Positions 44,688-59,368 are shown, counted from the first letter of the stretch. The stretch: 64,000 nucleotides of DNA from Anaeromyxobacter sp. (GCA_049840735.1 JASGJN010000023.1:128001-192000); one strand, 5' to 3'. Numbers and translations are program-made. Notes: generated from the sequence alone by a model not told the origin.

Positions 44688-44921
44688 CACTGGCGAGCCG
44701 CGAAGCGGCGAGCCCTTGGAATCACCGGCCCGCTCGGATCCCATCCAGGATCCAGCGGGCCGTTTCACTGGCGAGCCGCGATGCGGCGAGCCCTGGGATC
44801 CACCGGCCCACCCGGATCCCGTTCATCCTTCGACTCCGCGGCCCGGTTCCCGGGCCGCTACGCTCAGGACGAACGGAGCGCCGCCCGGTTCCCGGGCCGC
44901 TACGCCAGGACGAACGGAGCG
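44688..44921. repeat. Composite intergenic repeat cluster of two duplicated palindromic units
   Basis: A ~55-bp unit at 44688-44742 and 44766-44820; a ~40-bp unit at 44841-44880 and 44883-44921. Confidence 0.8.
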
Positions 44922-44936
44922 CGGCCCCCGCGCGCC

Positions 44937-45602
44937 TCACAGCCCCCGCCCCGCCACGCGGGCCCGCGCCCCCTCGCCGACGTAGGGGTTCGACCGCCGC
45001 TCATCCCCGAGCAGCGCGGAGGGCCCGTGCCCCGGGTGGAAGCGCACGTCGTCGCCGAGCGGGAACAGCACCTCGCGGATGGACCGGAGCAGCGCCGCGG
45101 CGTCCCCGCCCAGCAGGTCGGTGCGGCCCACCGAGCCGGCGAAGAGCGTGTCGCCCACGAAGAGGTCCTTCGAGCCCGGGAAGAAGACGGCGCAGCCGCC
45201 CGGCGTGTGGCCGGGGACGTGCAGGATGCGGGCCTCGTGATCACCCACGGTGAAGGTCTCGCCGTGCCCGTGGCGGTGGGCCACCGCGGGCGCCTTGGCC
45301 GGGGGGAAGCCGAACATGGCCGCCTGCTGGGGCAGGATGTCGAGCCAGTACTGGTCCGCCTGGTGGAGCTGCACCGGCGCGCCGGTGGCCTCGCTGGCCT
45401 CCGCGGCGCCGGACACGTGGTCCACGTGGCCATGCGTCAGCACGATGCGGGTGACCTTGAAGCCGCCCGGCTCGCACAGCGCCAGGACCCGCGGGATCTC
45501 GGCCCCTGGGTCGATCAGGACGGCCTCGCCGGTCCGGTCGCAACCGGCCAGCCAGGCGTTCATCGCGAACGGCCCCACCACCACGTGCCGCACCACCAGC
45601 AT
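44937..45602 (-). CDS. Metallo-beta-lactamase-fold hydrolase (glyoxalase II/YcbL-like)
   Basis: THGHVDH, PGHTPG, GDTLF, PGHG. Confidence 0.9.
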   Translation of the reverse strand: MLVVRHVVVGPFAMNAWLAGCDRTGEAVLIDPGAEIPRVLALCEPGGFKVTRIVLTHGHVDHVSGAAEASEATGAPVQLHQADQYWLDILPQQAAMFGFPPAKAPAVAHRHGHGETFTVGDHEARILHVPGHTPGGCAVFFPGSKDLFVGDTLFAGSVGRTDLLGGDAAALLRSIREVLFPLGDDVRFHPGHGPSALLGDERRSNPYVGEGARARVAGRGL

Positions 45603-45615
45603 CTGCGCGCTCCTG

Positions 45616-45648
45616 GGAAACGAAGACGCCCCCGTCCCCGGGGGCGTC
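45616..45648 (-). terminator. Terminator-like hairpin after erpA
   Basis: Stem gacgccccc/gggggcgtc followed by ttcgttt on the minus strand. Confidence 0.6.
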
Positions 45649-45702
45649 TGGGTGCAGGTCCGGGGATCACCCCCGGCCCGCGACGGTCGGCGAAGGTGAG
45701 GC

Positions 45703-46083
45703 TCAGGCCTGGAACGACGAGCCGCAGCCGCAGGTGCTCTTGGCGTTCGGGTTGTTGAACTTGAACCCGGCCCCCTGCAGCCCGACCACGTAGTCCACCG
45801 TGACGCCCTGCAGGTACATGGCGCTCATCGGGTCCACGAAGAGCTTGATGCCGTCCTGGTCGAGCGTGAGGTCGTCGGCGCCCGGCTCCTTGTCGAAGTC
45901 CATCGAGTACTGGAACCCCGAGCAGCCGCCGCCCATCACGCCGATGCGGATGCCGTAGCCCTCGAGCCCCTCTGCCTTGATGGCTTCCTTCACCATCTCG
46001 ACGGCCTTGGCCGTGAGGACGACGGGGTTGGTGTTGCCCGCGTCGGCGACGGGGGCGGCGGGGGCGACCGTGGTGGCGTCCAT
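45703..46083 (-). CDS. erpA: A-type Fe-S carrier protein (ErpA/IscA)
   Basis: GGGCSGFQY and NPNAKSTCGCGSSF. Confidence 0.9.
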   Translation of the reverse strand: MDATTVAPAAPVADAGNTNPVVLTAKAVEMVKEAIKAEGLEGYGIRIGVMGGGCSGFQYSMDFDKEPGADDLTLDQDGIKLFVDPMSAMYLQGVTVDYVVGLQGAGFKFNNPNAKSTCGCGSSFQA

Positions 46084-46202
46084 GTGTCTGTGTTCTCCAT
46101 CCGGGGCCGCTCGCCGGCCCGCTTTGACGTTGCTCAAGGAGTCTAACAGCCGACCCTGGCCGGTTCAACGCGACCCGCCTGCGGCGTCCGGGGGGCCCGG
46201 AC

Positions 46203-46913
46203 TCACGCACCCCCGCGACCTGACAGGTGTCTTCCGCCGTCCACGGGCAGCACCGCCCCCGTGACGAACGGCGCAGCGGCCAGGTACCGCACCGCGGCGG
46301 CAACGTCCTCCGGCGTGCCGGCGCGCCCCAGCGGGATGCGCCGGGCCAGCTCGCGGCGCTGGGCGCCGGTGTAGGTCTCCGGCCACAGGACCGTCCCCGG
46401 GGCCACGGCGTTCACGCGCACGGCGGGCGCGAGGTCGAGCGCCAGCACCTCGGTCAGCCGGACCAGCGCGGCCTTGGAGGCGCAGTAGGCGGCGTAGCCC
46501 TTCCACGGCACCAGGCCCCCGCCCACGTCGGCGATGTTGACGACCGCGCCGCGGCTGCGGCGGAGCAGGGGCGCCAGCGCCCGGATCAGCAGCAGCGGCG
46601 CGCGGGCGTTGAGCGTCAGCTGCTGGTCCCAGGCCGCGGCGTCGGTCGCCTCCAGCGGCGCGGCGGCGAAGCCGGCCGCGCTGTTGACCAGCAGGTCGAG
46701 CCGGTCGAACCGCTCGCGGAAGGCGGCCGCCAGCCGGGCCGGGCCGTCGGCCGCGGCCAGGTCGGCCTGCAGCGCGGCGGTGAAGCCGCGGGGCCGGTGC
46801 GTGTGGTAGTGGGCCGCCACCGTCCAGCCGTCGCGGGCCAGGCCGCGGGCGATGGCCTCGCCCACCCGCACGCCGGCGCCGGTGACCAGCGCGATGCGCC
46901 GCCGTGACGCCAC
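46203..46913 (-). CDS. SDR oxidoreductase, pteridine reductase/FolM-like
   Basis: [25 protein letters not shown]. Confidence 0.8.
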   Translation of the reverse strand: MASRRRIALVTGAGVRVGEAIARGLARDGWTVAAHYHTHRPRGFTAALQADLAAADGPARLAAAFRERFDRLDLLVNSAAGFAAAPLEATDAAAWDQQLTLNARAPLLLIRALAPLLRRSRGAVVNIADVGGGLVPWKGYAAYCASKAALVRLTEVLALDLAPAVRVNAVAPGTVLWPETYTGAQRRELARRIPLGRAGTPEDVAAAVRYLAAAPFVTGAVLPVDGGRHLSGRGGA

Positions 46914-47472
46914 TCAGCGCTCCCGCTGCGGATCCCAGCCCACCTCGGCGTGCTTCGCGCGGTGGTTGGCGACCCGCGCGGCCACGAAGAGGAAGTCCGA
47001 GAGCCGGTTGAGGTAGGCGATCACCGCCGGCGCCACCTCCACCTCGGCCGCCAGCGCCACCACCCGCCGCTCCGCCCGCCGGCACACGCAGCGGGCCAGG
47101 TGCAGCGCGGCGCCGGTGCGCGTGCCGCCCGGCAGGATGAACTGGCGCAGCGCCGGCAGCTCGGCCTCCCAGGCGTCGATGGCCGCCTCCAGCCGCTCCG
47201 CCCAGCGCGGCTCGACCGCCGGGATGGCGGAGCGCGCCTTGGCGCCGTGGGGCGTGGCCAGCTCGGCGCCGACGCAGAAGAGCTCGTCCTGGATGCGGAC
47301 CAGCTGCGCGTCGATTCTCGGGGTCCTCCACCTGCGCCCGCACCACGCCCAGCGCGGCGTTCAGCTCGTCCACCTCGCCGTAGGCGTCCACCCGGTGATC
47401 GCTCTTGCGGACCCGCGGCCCCCCGAACAGGCCCGTTTCCCCGGCGTCGCCCGTCTTCGTGTAGATCTTCAC
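46914..47472 (-). CDS. pduO: PduO-type cob(I)alamin adenosyltransferase; +1 insertion at 47313
   Basis: [48 protein letters not shown]. Confidence 0.88.
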
Positions 47473-47527
47473 GGCGCCGTGCCTATCAGGGGGGCCGCGG
47501 GGCTGCAACGTCGTCGACGAGGGACAC

Positions 47528-48868
47528 ATGGAGCCCATGGACGCGGAGGCGCTGGTAGAGCTCGGCAAGTCGGCGGCAGCGCTGGCCTGGGCCGGCGGGA
47601 TGACCGTCCTGCGGCCGGATGGCGCGGTGGTGCCCATCCCCCTCGTGGCCGAACCGGAGACGCCCACGCGCGAGGCGCTGGCCGGCGCCGCCGCCGAGGC
47701 CGAGCTGATCCTCTCCGGCGCGGTGAAGCTGGCGCGCGCGCTGCTCGCCTCGGGCGACGCGCGCGACCGGGCCGCGCTGGAGGAGCCGTTCAGCGGCCTC
47801 GAGCGCGAGGCCATGCAGCGGCTCTTCGTCGAGGCGCCGCTGCCGGCCATGGTGGCCCGGGTGGACTACCTCATCCCTGCCGAGGGCGGCGGGCCGCGGG
47901 CGCTGGAGCTGAACGCCACCATCCCGGCCATGCCCGCCTACGCCGACCTGGCCGCCTTCTCCTGGATCCGCGCCGCGGCGCGGGCCCAGGGGCGCTCGCC
48001 GCGCCAGGTCGAGGCGCTGGTGGCCGCCTGCGGCAGCCACATGGAGCGGCTGCGGGAGGCGCTGGTGGCCTTCTACCGGCTGCGCGGCGGCACGGCCGCG
48101 CGGCCGTCCATCGCGGTGGTGGCGCGCCGGGGCGACGCGCAGATCGGCGAGCTGCGGCGGCTGGTGGAGCACTTCCGGCAGATGGGTCACGCGGCGGAGA
48201 GCCTGGTCCCCGAGACCTGCGAGCCGGAGCGCTGGGACATCCTCTACCGCCACGTCTGGGCCCACCGCGTGGAGCCGGCCGCGCCCTTCGCCCGGGCCCT
48301 GCGGGCGCCGGGCCGGTTCGTGCTGGCCAACCCGGTCAACGGCCTGCTGGAGGCCAAGGCGCTCTTCGCGCGCCTCTCCGAGTGCGCCGAGGACGCGGCG
48401 CTGGCGGAGCGCGCCGGGCTGGACGCGGCCGAGCGCGGCGCGGCGGCGCGGCTGCCCTGGACGCGCCGGCTCACCGAGGCCCACGCCGGGCGGGCGCTGG
48501 CCGAGCCGGCCCGCTGGGTGCTGAAGCGGAGCTGGGACTACGGCGGCAAGAGCGTGCACCTGGGGGCCGAGACCGCGCCGGAGGCCTGGCCCGACGTGGT
48601 GAAGGCCGCCCTGGCCGACGGGCGCGGCGGCGGCTTCGTGATGCAGGAGCGGATCTTCGCGGCCCGCCGCCCGGCCACCCGCATCGCGCCGGAGGGCGTC
48701 AGCCGCGGCGAGTTCTACCGCGACCTCTCCACCTACTGCGGCCTGGGCCCGTCGCGGCCGTCCGGCTCGGTGGTGCGCGCCGCCGCCTCGCCCATCGTCA
48801 ACATCCTGGGGGGCGGCGGCCTGGCGCCGGTGATCCCCGCGGACCTCTACCGGGAGCTGGTGGGGTGA
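47528..48868 (+). CDS. Circularly permuted ATP-grasp amide ligase (GspS/eukaryotic GshB-like)
   Basis: [37 protein letters not shown]. Confidence 0.7.
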   Translation: MEPMDAEALVELGKSAAALAWAGGMTVLRPDGAVVPIPLVAEPETPTREALAGAAAEAELILSGAVKLARALLASGDARDRAALEEPFSGLEREAMQRLFVEAPLPAMVARVDYLIPAEGGGPRALELNATIPAMPAYADLAAFSWIRAAARAQGRSPRQVEALVAACGSHMERLREALVAFYRLRGGTAARPSIAVVARRGDAQIGELRRLVEHFRQMGHAAESLVPETCEPERWDILYRHVWAHRVEPAAPFARALRAPGRFVLANPVNGLLEAKALFARLSECAEDAALAERAGLDAAERGAAARLPWTRRLTEAHAGRALAEPARWVLKRSWDYGGKSVHLGAETAPEAWPDVVKAALADGRGGGFVMQERIFAARRPATRIAPEGVSRGEFYRDLSTYCGLGPSRPSGSVVRAAASPIVNILGGGGLAPVIPADLYRELVG

Positions 48869-48897
48869 TGGCGCGAGCCTGAGCGCCGCGGAGCGGG

Positions 48898-51369
48898 TCA
48901 GGCCACGGCCGCGAGCACGGTCTCGACCAGCTGATCGTGGGTGTACGGCTTGTCGAGGACGTAGACCAGCGGCTCGGCGCACAGGGCCTCGAGCTCGGCG
49001 CCGGCGCGGTGGCCCGAGGACACGACGATGGGCAGGCGCCCGGCGCCGGAGCGCAGCGCCGTCACCACCTCGCGGCAGGTCATCTCCGGCATCATCGCGT
49101 CCACGATGGCCAGGTCCAGGTCCGGGCGGGCGGCGTGGCGCAGCACGTCGGCCCGGCTGCCGTCCGACTCGTGCACCTGGTGGCCGGCCCGGCGCAGCAG
49201 CGCCGAGGCCGAGCGCCGCACGGCCGGCTCGTCGTCCACGATCAGCACGCGCAGCGCCCGCCGGGCGGCCGGGACCCCGGCGCGCGCGCCGGACGAGGCC
49301 TGGACCGCGCCCGCGACCGGCGGGAGGTAGAGCGTGATGGTCGTCCCCCGCCCGGCCGCGCTCTCCACCGCCACGGCGCCGTGGTGCGCCTTGACGGTGC
49401 CGTAGACCTCGGCCAGGCCCAGCCCCGTCCCCTTGCCCAGCGGCTTGGTGGTGAAGAACGGCTCGAACAGGTGGGCCCGGATCTCCTCGCTCAGCCCGAC
49501 GCCGGTGTCGGTCACCGAGAGCGCCACGCACGGGCCCGGCGGGACCCCCAGCGCGCCGGCCCGCTCCGCCCCGAGCGTCACCGCGGCGGTCGAAAGCGTG
49601 AGCGTCCCGCCCTCCGGCATGGCGTCGCGCGCGTTGAGCCCCAGGTTGAGCACGGCCGCGTAGAGCCGGTCGGGATCGCCGGCGACCAGGGCGCCGCCCG
49701 CGGCGCCGTGGCGGGCGCGGACGGCGATGCGCTTGTCGATGCTCCGCATCAGCAGCGCCACCACGTCGTCCACGACGTGGTCCAGGTCGACGCTGACCGC
49801 GGCGGAGGGCTGCTTGCGGGCGAAGGCCAGCAGCTGGCGCGTCAGCCCCGCGGAGCGCCGCGCGGCCTCGCGCACGGTCTCCAGGGCGGCGCGCACCTCG
49901 GCGTCCCCCTGCACCGTCTCGGCCAGGTAGTCGGCGCTCCCGAGGATGGCGGTGAGCTGGTTGTTGAAGTCGTGCGCCACGCCGCCGGCGACCCGCCCGA
50001 TGGCCTCCAGCTTCTCCGACTGGCGGAGCCGCTCCTCCATCTCGCGCCGCTCCGTCACGTCGCGCCCCACGCCGACAATCGCCACCACCGCGCCGGCCTC
50101 GTCCAGCACGGCGTTGTCCGACCAGGCCAGGAAGCGCCAGCCCTCGGCGGTGAGCGCGCGCTGCTCCAGGTACGCCGAGTAGGGAGGTCGGAGCAGCGCC
50201 TCCATGGCCCGCGCGGTGGGCTCGCGATCGTCCTCGTGGACCAGGGGCAGGAACTGGTGGCCCAGCAGCTCGGCCTCCGACTTGCCGAAGGTCCGGCAGT
50301 AGCTGGGGCTCACGAAGAGGAACCGGCCCACCAGGTCGACCTTCACCACCAGGTCGGTCTGGGTCTCGACCAGCAGGCGGTACTTCTCCTGGCTGCGGCG
50401 GAGCGCGTCCGCCGCGCGCTGGCGGTCCTCGACGGTGCTGGCCAGGAACAGGCCGGTCACGATCAGCACGAAGCAGAAGACCTGCGCCTCGGCGGCGGCC
50501 AGTCCCGGCTCGGCGGTGGTGAGGATGAAGGAGCCCTGGCCCGCGGCCGTGGCGGTGAGCGCCACGAACGCGATCAGCGCGCCGATGCTGGTGGCGCCAC
50601 GGACCCCCGAGCGCAGCGCCGCCCAGACCAGCGGCGGCAGCAGCAGGAACTCGAAGGGGACGGGCCCGCCGGCGGGCCCCACGAAGATGAGCCAGGCGAT
50701 CCCCAGCGTGCCGGCCACCATGCCCGCCAGCTCCGCCCGCCGGCGCCGGGGAAGGCCGGGCTGGCGCGGCCCGGTGAAGGCCATCACCGCCGAGCCGACC
50801 GTGAGCATGCCCAGGCCCGAGCCCGCCCACACGTGGCCCCACAGCGGCAGGAGCGGGGCGGTGAGCAGCCGGTGGAGCACGGCGCCGGCGAGCAGCGCGC
50901 ACAGCCCGCTGGTGAGGAGCGGCCCGGCCAGCAGCATCACCAGGACGTCGCGCGCCTGGGAGAGCCGGGGGCGCCCGCCGCACAGCCGGCGGACGAGCCC
51001 CGCGGCCAGCGAGGGCTCCAGGGCGTTGAGGAGCGCGAAGGCGATCACCAGCAGCGGCGGCTGGCCGGCCAGGACGTTGGAGACGGCGATGGGGACGCCG
51101 GCGGCGAGCAGGATCACCGGCCAGCGGCGCGGCTCGCGCATGACCAGCGCGCCGAACACCAGCCCGGCGGCGGGCCAGAAGAGGGCCACGCTGCCGCCTC
51201 CCGGCGTGAGCCGGAGCCCGACGCGGCAGAGCGCGAAGTTCGCGACCGAGAAGGCCGTCAGCGCCGCGACGGTGCGCGCGGCGGACGGGAGCCGCTCCCA
51301 GGCCTGGCGCCAGGCGGGCGTGTGGGCGGGTGCTGCGGCGCCGGGCGTGGACGAGGGAGCCATGGCCAT
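48898..51369 (-). CDS. Hybrid histidine kinase MASE1-PAS-HisKA-HATPase-REC
   Basis: FWPAAG and multiple TM helices, PAS (VHEDD), [29 protein letters not shown]. Confidence 0.88.
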   Translation of the reverse strand: MAMAPSSTPGAAAPAHTPAWRQAWERLPSAARTVAALTAFSVANFALCRVGLRLTPGGGSVALFWPAAGLVFGALVMREPRRWPVILLAAGVPIAVSNVLAGQPPLLVIAFALLNALEPSLAAGLVRRLCGGRPRLSQARDVLVMLLAGPLLTSGLCALLAGAVLHRLLTAPLLPLWGHVWAGSGLGMLTVGSAVMAFTGPRQPGLPRRRRAELAGMVAGTLGIAWLIFVGPAGGPVPFEFLLLPPLVWAALRSGVRGATSIGALIAFVALTATAAGQGSFILTTAEPGLAAAEAQVFCFVLIVTGLFLASTVEDRQRAADALRRSQEKYRLLVETQTDLVVKVDLVGRFLFVSPSYCRTFGKSEAELLGHQFLPLVHEDDREPTARAMEALLRPPYSAYLEQRALTAEGWRFLAWSDNAVLDEAGAVVAIVGVGRDVTERREMEERLRQSEKLEAIGRVAGGVAHDFNNQLTAILGSADYLAETVQGDAEVRAALETVREAARRSAGLTRQLLAFARKQPSAAVSVDLDHVVDDVVALLMRSIDKRIAVRARHGAAGGALVAGDPDRLYAAVLNLGLNARDAMPEGGTLTLSTAAVTLGAERAGALGVPPGPCVALSVTDTGVGLSEEIRAHLFEPFFTTKPLGKGTGLGLAEVYGTVKAHHGAVAVESAAGRGTTITLYLPPVAGAVQASSGARAGVPAARRALRVLIVDDEPAVRRSASALLRRAGHQVHESDGSRADVLRHAARPDLDLAIVDAMMPEMTCREVVTALRSGAGRLPIVVSSGHRAGAELEALCAEPLVYVLDKPYTHDQLVETVLAAVA

Positions 51370-51551
51370 CGAGCTCCGACGACCATACCCGGCGTCACGC
51401 TGCGCGGAACAGCCCCGAACCCGGGGGCGCGCACACGCGCCCACAGCCGGAGACGGACGGTGGGTCCTGGCCGGGCGCCGCCGGGCCGGACCATGGGTCA
51501 GGGCTGCGGTGCCGGCGGCCTCACCCGACCACGCGCCGAGGTTCGCTCCAC

Positions 51552-52460
51552 TCACCCACGCCCGGCGCGCGCCCGCAGCACCTCGCGCGCCACCGCGAGC
51601 AGCCGCGCCACCAGGACGGTCGGGCCGTCCGGGCGGTGCAGGGCCAGCAGCCGGGTGGTGGGGGCCGGCGCCGCCAGCGGTCGGAAGACCACGCCGGCCA
51701 GCCGCAGCGCGGCCGCGGAGGCCGGGGCCAGCGTCACGCCCACCCGCGCTGCCACCAGGGTGAGCGCCGTGGACAGCTCCTGGACCTCCTGCGCCACCGG
51801 CGGTCGGAACCCGGCCGCGCGCGGCTCGGCCTGCAGCACGTCCAGCCAGTTCGGCCGCGGCCGGCGCGGGTAGAAGACGAACGGCTCGGCGGCGAGGGAG
51901 GCCAGCGGCACCGTCCGGCGGCGGGCCAGCGGGTGGCCGTGCGGCAGCGCCGCCAGGATGGGCTCCTCCGCCAGCAGCGTGGCGGTCACGTCCTCGGTGA
52001 CCGGCGGGCGGCCGATGCCCACCTGGATCCGGCCGCTGGCCAGCGCCTCCAGCTGCTCGGCGGTGGAGAGCTCCACCAGCGTCAGCTCCACGCCCGGGTG
52101 GCGCTGCCGGAAGATGCGGTAGAGCCGCGGGACGAGCGCGTAGGTGGCCGAGGCCACGAACCCCACCGCCAGCGCGCCCGACTCCCCCTGCGCCACCCGC
52201 CGCGCCTCGCGCGCGGCCTGCTCTAGGCGGTCCAGCACGGCGCGCGCGCCGGGCGCGAAGGCCCGCCCGGCCGCGGTCAGGGCCACCCGCCGGCGCGTGC
52301 GGGCGAAGAGCTCGAACCCGAGCTGCGCCTCCAGCTGCTTGATCTGCTGGCTGAGCGGCGGCTGGGACATGCGGAGCCGCTCGGCGGCGCGGCGGAAGTG
52401 GAGCTCCTCGGCCACGGCCAGGAAGTAGCGGAGGTGGCGCAGCTCGAGATCCATACGCAT
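51552..52460 (-). CDS. LysR transcriptional regulator
   Basis: [32 protein letters not shown]. Confidence 0.92.
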   Translation of the reverse strand: MRMDLELRHLRYFLAVAEELHFRRAAERLRMSQPPLSQQIKQLEAQLGFELFARTRRRVALTAAGRAFAPGARAVLDRLEQAAREARRVAQGESGALAVGFVASATYALVPRLYRIFRQRHPGVELTLVELSTAEQLEALASGRIQVGIGRPPVTEDVTATLLAEEPILAALPHGHPLARRRTVPLASLAAEPFVFYPRRPRPNWLDVLQAEPRAAGFRPPVAQEVQELSTALTLVAARVGVTLAPASAAALRLAGVVFRPLAAPAPTTRLLALHRPDGPTVLVARLLAVAREVLRARAGRG

Positions 52461-52463
52461 AGG

Positions 52464-52486
52464 ATATCAAACAAGACGAATGATAT
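52464..52486. promoter_or_regulatory. Inverted repeat ATATCA-N11-TGATAT, probable LysR operator
   Basis: AT-rich palindrome between the divergent LysR and MFS genes. Confidence 0.65.
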
Positions 52487-52524
52487 ATTGGACGTCCCAG
52501 GGCGCCGCGACGCATCCTCCCCCC

Positions 52525-53811
52525 ATGCCCAGCGCTGCTCGCCAGGCCCGGGACGTCCCCACCTCGGCCCTGCCGCCCCTGGCCGGCCGCTCCCCGCGGC
52601 CCGCCGCGCCGGCGCCGGCCTCGCCGCCGCCGCTGGCGCTCCTGGCCCTGGGGCTGGCCGGGCTCTGCGCCTTCCTCAACGTCTACGCCACCCAGCCGCT
52701 GCTGCCGCTCCTGCAGGCGGTGTTCGGCGTCTCCAAGGCCGCCGCGGCGCTGACCGTGAGCGCGCCCAGCGTGGCGGTGGCGCTGGTGGCGCCGTTCGCG
52801 GGCGCGCTGGCGGATCGGCTGGGGCGCAAGCGCGTGATGGTGGGGGCGCTCTTCGCGCTCTCGGTGCCCACGCTGCTCGCCGCCACCGCCGGCAGCGTCC
52901 CGGCGCTGGTGGCCTGGCGGTTCCTGCAGGGCCTGACGGTGCCGGGCGTGTACGCGGTGGGCATCGCCTACGCCGCCTCGGAGTGGCAGGGGGCCGGCGT
53001 GGGGAAGGCCATGGCGGCGCTGGTCACCGGCAACGTGGTGGGCGGGTTCCTGGGGCGGACCCTCTCCGGCCTGGCGGCGGAGCGGTGGGGCTGGCCGGCC
53101 GCCTTCCTGGCGCTGGGCCTGCTCACGCTGGCGGGCGCCGCGGCCTGCGCGCGGCTCCTGCCAGCCCCGGCCCGCGCCCCCGCCCGCCGGCTGGCGCCGC
53201 TGGCCGCGTTCGCCGGGCTGGCGCGGCGGCTGCCGGAGCGCCGGCTGCGCTCGACGCTGGCGGTGGGGTTCGCGGTGCTGCTCACCCAGACCGCGACCTT
53301 CACCTACGTCACCTTCCACCTGGCCGGCCCGCACTTCCAGCTCGGCACCGCCGCGCTGAGCGGCATCTTCGCCGTCTACCTGGCCGGCGCGGCGGTCACG
53401 CCGCCGGCGGGGGCGCTCATCGACCGGCTGGGGCCGCGCGCCGTGCTGGTGGCCAGCGCCGGGGTGGGGCTCGCGGGGAGCGCGCTCCTGCTGGCGCCGG
53501 CGCTCCCTGCCGTGCTGGGCGGGCTCACGCTGGTCTGCACCGCCAACTTCGCGGCGCAGGCTGCCGCCACCACCTTCCTGCCCACCGCCGCGCCGCCCGA
53601 GCTGCGGTCCGTCGCCAGCGGGCTCTACCTGTCCTGCTACTACCTGGGCGGCGCCGTGGGCGGCGTGCTCCCGGCGCTGGCCTGGCGGGCCGGGGGCTGG
53701 ACCGCCTGCGTGGCGCTGGTGGCGCTGGTGCAGGCGGCCGCGGCGGCGGTGGCGCTGCGCGGGTGGAGGGCGCCGCGCGTGACCGGGGTGCGGGTCGTGG
53801 AGCTGGGCTAG
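52525..53811 (+). CDS. MFS transporter, YnfM-like
   Basis: [30 protein letters not shown]; about 12 TM helices. Confidence 0.85.
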   Translation: MPSAARQARDVPTSALPPLAGRSPRPAAPAPASPPPLALLALGLAGLCAFLNVYATQPLLPLLQAVFGVSKAAAALTVSAPSVAVALVAPFAGALADRLGRKRVMVGALFALSVPTLLAATAGSVPALVAWRFLQGLTVPGVYAVGIAYAASEWQGAGVGKAMAALVTGNVVGGFLGRTLSGLAAERWGWPAAFLALGLLTLAGAAACARLLPAPARAPARRLAPLAAFAGLARRLPERRLRSTLAVGFAVLLTQTATFTYVTFHLAGPHFQLGTAALSGIFAVYLAGAAVTPPAGALIDRLGPRAVLVASAGVGLAGSALLLAPALPAVLGGLTLVCTANFAAQAAATTFLPTAAPPELRSVASGLYLSCYYLGGAVGGVLPALAWRAGGWTACVALVALVQAAAAAVALRGWRAPRVTGVRVVELG

Positions 53812-54582
53812 CCGGCGTGCGCGGCCGACGCCAGCTCCTCGGCGGGCACCGCGCGCAGGATCCGGAAGTCGAGGATGGACGGGATCGCCGGCGCCACGTC
53901 GATGGGGCGCTGGCTGTGGTCGGTGTCGAGGTCGATCACCCGCGCCTGCGGCCAGGCGCGGGCGTAGCCGTTGGCGTGGGCCGGCTCGTTGTCGAAGGCG
54001 GCCACCACCCGTCCCAGCCCGTCGATGGCCCCGCAGGCCTGGTCCTTCCAGGCGTCGTCGGTCAGCTCGGGCGTGGGCTTGAGCAGCAGGTGGGCGCGGC
54101 GGCCGTCGGGGTAGGGGAAGCCGTGGCGGGTGAGGACGTCGCGCGTGCCCACCTCCATCCGCGGCGGCCGGCCGGTCACGTAGGCCACCTGCGCCCCGCT
54201 GGCGGCCACCAGGGTCACGAACTCCGGCGCGCCCGGCAGCGGCACGTCGTGGCGGCAGTAGATGGTCGTGTAGAACCAGTCGCTCCAGAAGCGGCGCGCC
54301 GGCCCGCGGTGCGCGGCGATCTGCTCGGCCGTCAGCCCGGCGTTGGCCAGGGCCACCTCCAGCGACCAGCCCTGCCAGTGCTCCGGCCGCGCCTCCAGCA
54401 GCGCCGGCACCCCCGCCAGCCGGCCGTAGTCCTGGAGGATCCGGGCCTGCCGCGGGCGGTTGTCGAGCAGCGTGGAGTCGAGAATCGAAGACCACCACGC
54501 CGGAGCGGCCCGCGCCCCGGGCCCGGGTCAGGATGTCGAGGAGCAGGCTGGCCTGTTCGGATGGGCGGGCGCGGCGGTGCAC
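53808..54582 (-). CDS. HAD-superfamily phosphatase; +1 insertion at 54482
   Basis: Corrected motif I FDLDSTL, YVTGR, K, FDNEP. Confidence 0.78.
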
Positions 54583-54715
54583 ACCTGTGGGTTAAGGCGG
54601 GGCGAGCCGCGCGGAAACGCCCGTTCCGGGATTTCGCGCCCCGGGTCCGCGGTACACGTCCCGGGGGACCCGCGCCTTGGGGACCCGGGGCTTCTCGGGT
54701 ATGTTGAAGGGCCCC

Positions 54716-55684
54716 GTGGCCGAGCGCTCCAAGATCCTGGTCGTCGACGACTCGCGCACCCAGCTCGACTGGCTGGTGGCCGTGCTCGAGCGCGAGGGGT
54801 TCGACGTGCGGACCGCCATGGACGGCAAGGACGCCATCCGCAAGGTGCGCGCCGAGCCGCCGGACCTGGTGCTGCTGGACATGATCCTGCCCGACATGGA
54901 CGGGCTGGAGGTCCTCCGCATCATCAAGGCGCGCCCCGACGACCAGTTCATCCCGGTGATCATCCTGTCGGTGAAGTCCGACCTGGACTCGAAGGTCACC
55001 GGCCTGCGCATCGGCGCCGACGACTTCCTGGCCAAGCCCTTCGCGGAGGCGGAGATCCTGGCCCGCTGCGCGGCCATGCTGCGCATCAAGGTGCTGCAGG
55101 ACCAGCTCCGGCTCACGCAGCAGAAGCTGACCGAGCAGGCCACCACCGACGAGCTCACCAGCCTCAAGAACCGGCGCGCCTTCGACGAGCGGCTCAACGA
55201 GGAGTTCCGGCGCGCCCAGCGCTACGCCGACCCCGTGTCGCTCATCATGGTGGACCTCGACCACTTCAAGCAGGTGAACGACCGGTTCGGCCACCCGTTC
55301 GGCGACGTGGTGCTGCGCGGCGCGGCCGAGCAGATCCGGGCCTCCACCCGCGACCCGGACATCTGCGCCCGCTACGGCGGCGAGGAGTTCGCCGTCATCC
55401 TGCCCAAGACGCACCTCTCCGGCGCGCTGGCGGTGGCGGAGCGGATCTGGAAGGCGCTGGGGGCGCGCGAGTTCCCGCTGCCGCCGGCCGCCCCGGGCGC
55501 GCCCGGGCTGCTCAAGGTCACGGCGTCGATCGGGATCGCCTTCTACCCGTCGAAGGACATCACCTCGCCCGAGCTCCTGCTGCGCTTCGCCGACGAGGCG
55601 CTGTACCAGGCCAAGCGGGCCGGCCGGAACACCATCTGCCTCTACCAGGCGCAGGCCTACCGGTACGAGGCGGACGAGCGGTAG
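54716..55684 (+). CDS. Response-regulator diguanylate cyclase (REC-GGEEF)
   Basis: LVVDD, DLDHFKQVND, I-site RDPD, GGEEF; ATG at 54701 is an alternative start. Confidence 0.9.
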   Translation: MAERSKILVVDDSRTQLDWLVAVLEREGFDVRTAMDGKDAIRKVRAEPPDLVLLDMILPDMDGLEVLRIIKARPDDQFIPVIILSVKSDLDSKVTGLRIGADDFLAKPFAEAEILARCAAMLRIKVLQDQLRLTQQKLTEQATTDELTSLKNRRAFDERLNEEFRRAQRYADPVSLIMVDLDHFKQVNDRFGHPFGDVVLRGAAEQIRASTRDPDICARYGGEEFAVILPKTHLSGALAVAERIWKALGAREFPLPPAAPGAPGLLKVTASIGIAFYPSKDITSPELLLRFADEALYQAKRAGRNTICLYQAQAYRYEADER

Positions 55685-55954
55685 GCGGTCCTCCTCCCGG
55701 TCGTCCCTCGGCTCCGCCGAGCCCCGCCGAAGGGCCCAGGCTGACCTGTCGCCTGCTCCCCCGCCCGGCTCACCGTCTCTCCCTCCCTGGACTGCGACGC
55801 TCGTCCGCAGGGGCCCTCGCACGGGGTCCGGGAGGGTGCTAGAACACCCGGAGCGGATGGGCACCCGGCCCCTGGGTCGGGCAACCCGCTGGAAAGACGG
55901 GCCCCCGGGTCCTCCCGGACTGGATCGCACCATGCACATGCGGGGGCCGCCGGC

Positions 55955-57500
<1,546 letters not shown>

Positions 57501-57530
57501 GCTGCTGTTTCAGGAAGGAGACGAAGCACC

Positions 57531-59005
<1,475 letters not shown>

Positions 59006-59025
59006 CCTGGGAGCCTCCGGAGCAC

Positions 59026-59066
59026 ACGGGCCGGTCCGCTCGAGGCGGGCCGGCCCGTTCTCGTTG
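59026..59066 (+). terminator. Terminator hairpin
   Basis: Stem acgggccggtccgc/gcgggccggcccgt followed by tctcgtt. Confidence 0.6.
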
Positions 59067-59129
59067 GTGCCGGCCATGGCTCGTGCGGGGTGCGTTGCGG
59101 ATCCGCCGGGCTGCGGTTATACCTCTAGT

Positions 59130-59368
59130 ATGAAAACGGCCATCTCCCTCCCGGACGCGATCTTTCGCGAAGCCGAGCGGCTCGCGAAGCGGCTCAAGAA
59201 GTCGCGGAGCGAGCTCTACAAGGAGGCGGTGGCGGAGTACGTCGCACGCCACGAGCCGGAAGCGGTCACGGAGGCGCTGGACCGGGTGGCGAAGCAGCTC
59301 GATACCCGAATCGGACGCGTTCGCCGCCGCCGCTGCGCGCCGCTCGCTGGAGCGCTCCGAGTGGGTGA
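59130..59368 (+). CDS. RHH/CopG-type antitoxin; +1 insertion at 59308, 3' end ambiguous
   Basis: MKTAISLPDAIF...SRSELY; corrected C-terminus RRSLERSEW. Confidence 0.8.

Noticed and set aside
44688..44921. Mini CRISPR array
   Set aside because: Only two copies per unit, no regular unique spacers and no cas genes.
48898..54582. A 1894-aa giant kinase in the ORF track
   Set aside because: An open frame linking the frameshifted HAD start to the MASE1 kinase across the MFS and LysR genes; the real kinase starts near 51369.
54716..55684. Possible Hypr GGDEF (cGAMP synthase)
   Set aside because: The specificity position is the canonical Asp (GHPFGD), not Ser or Thr, so it is an ordinary c-di-GMP cyclase.
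55875..55954. GGGCAACCCG...GAAA...CGGG resembling a c-di-GMP-I (GEMM) riboswitch downstream of the cyclase
   Set aside because: The GCAAA junction and the second-stem tetraloop receptor are missing and the first stem is imperfect. An Rfam c-di-GMP-I scan would settle it.
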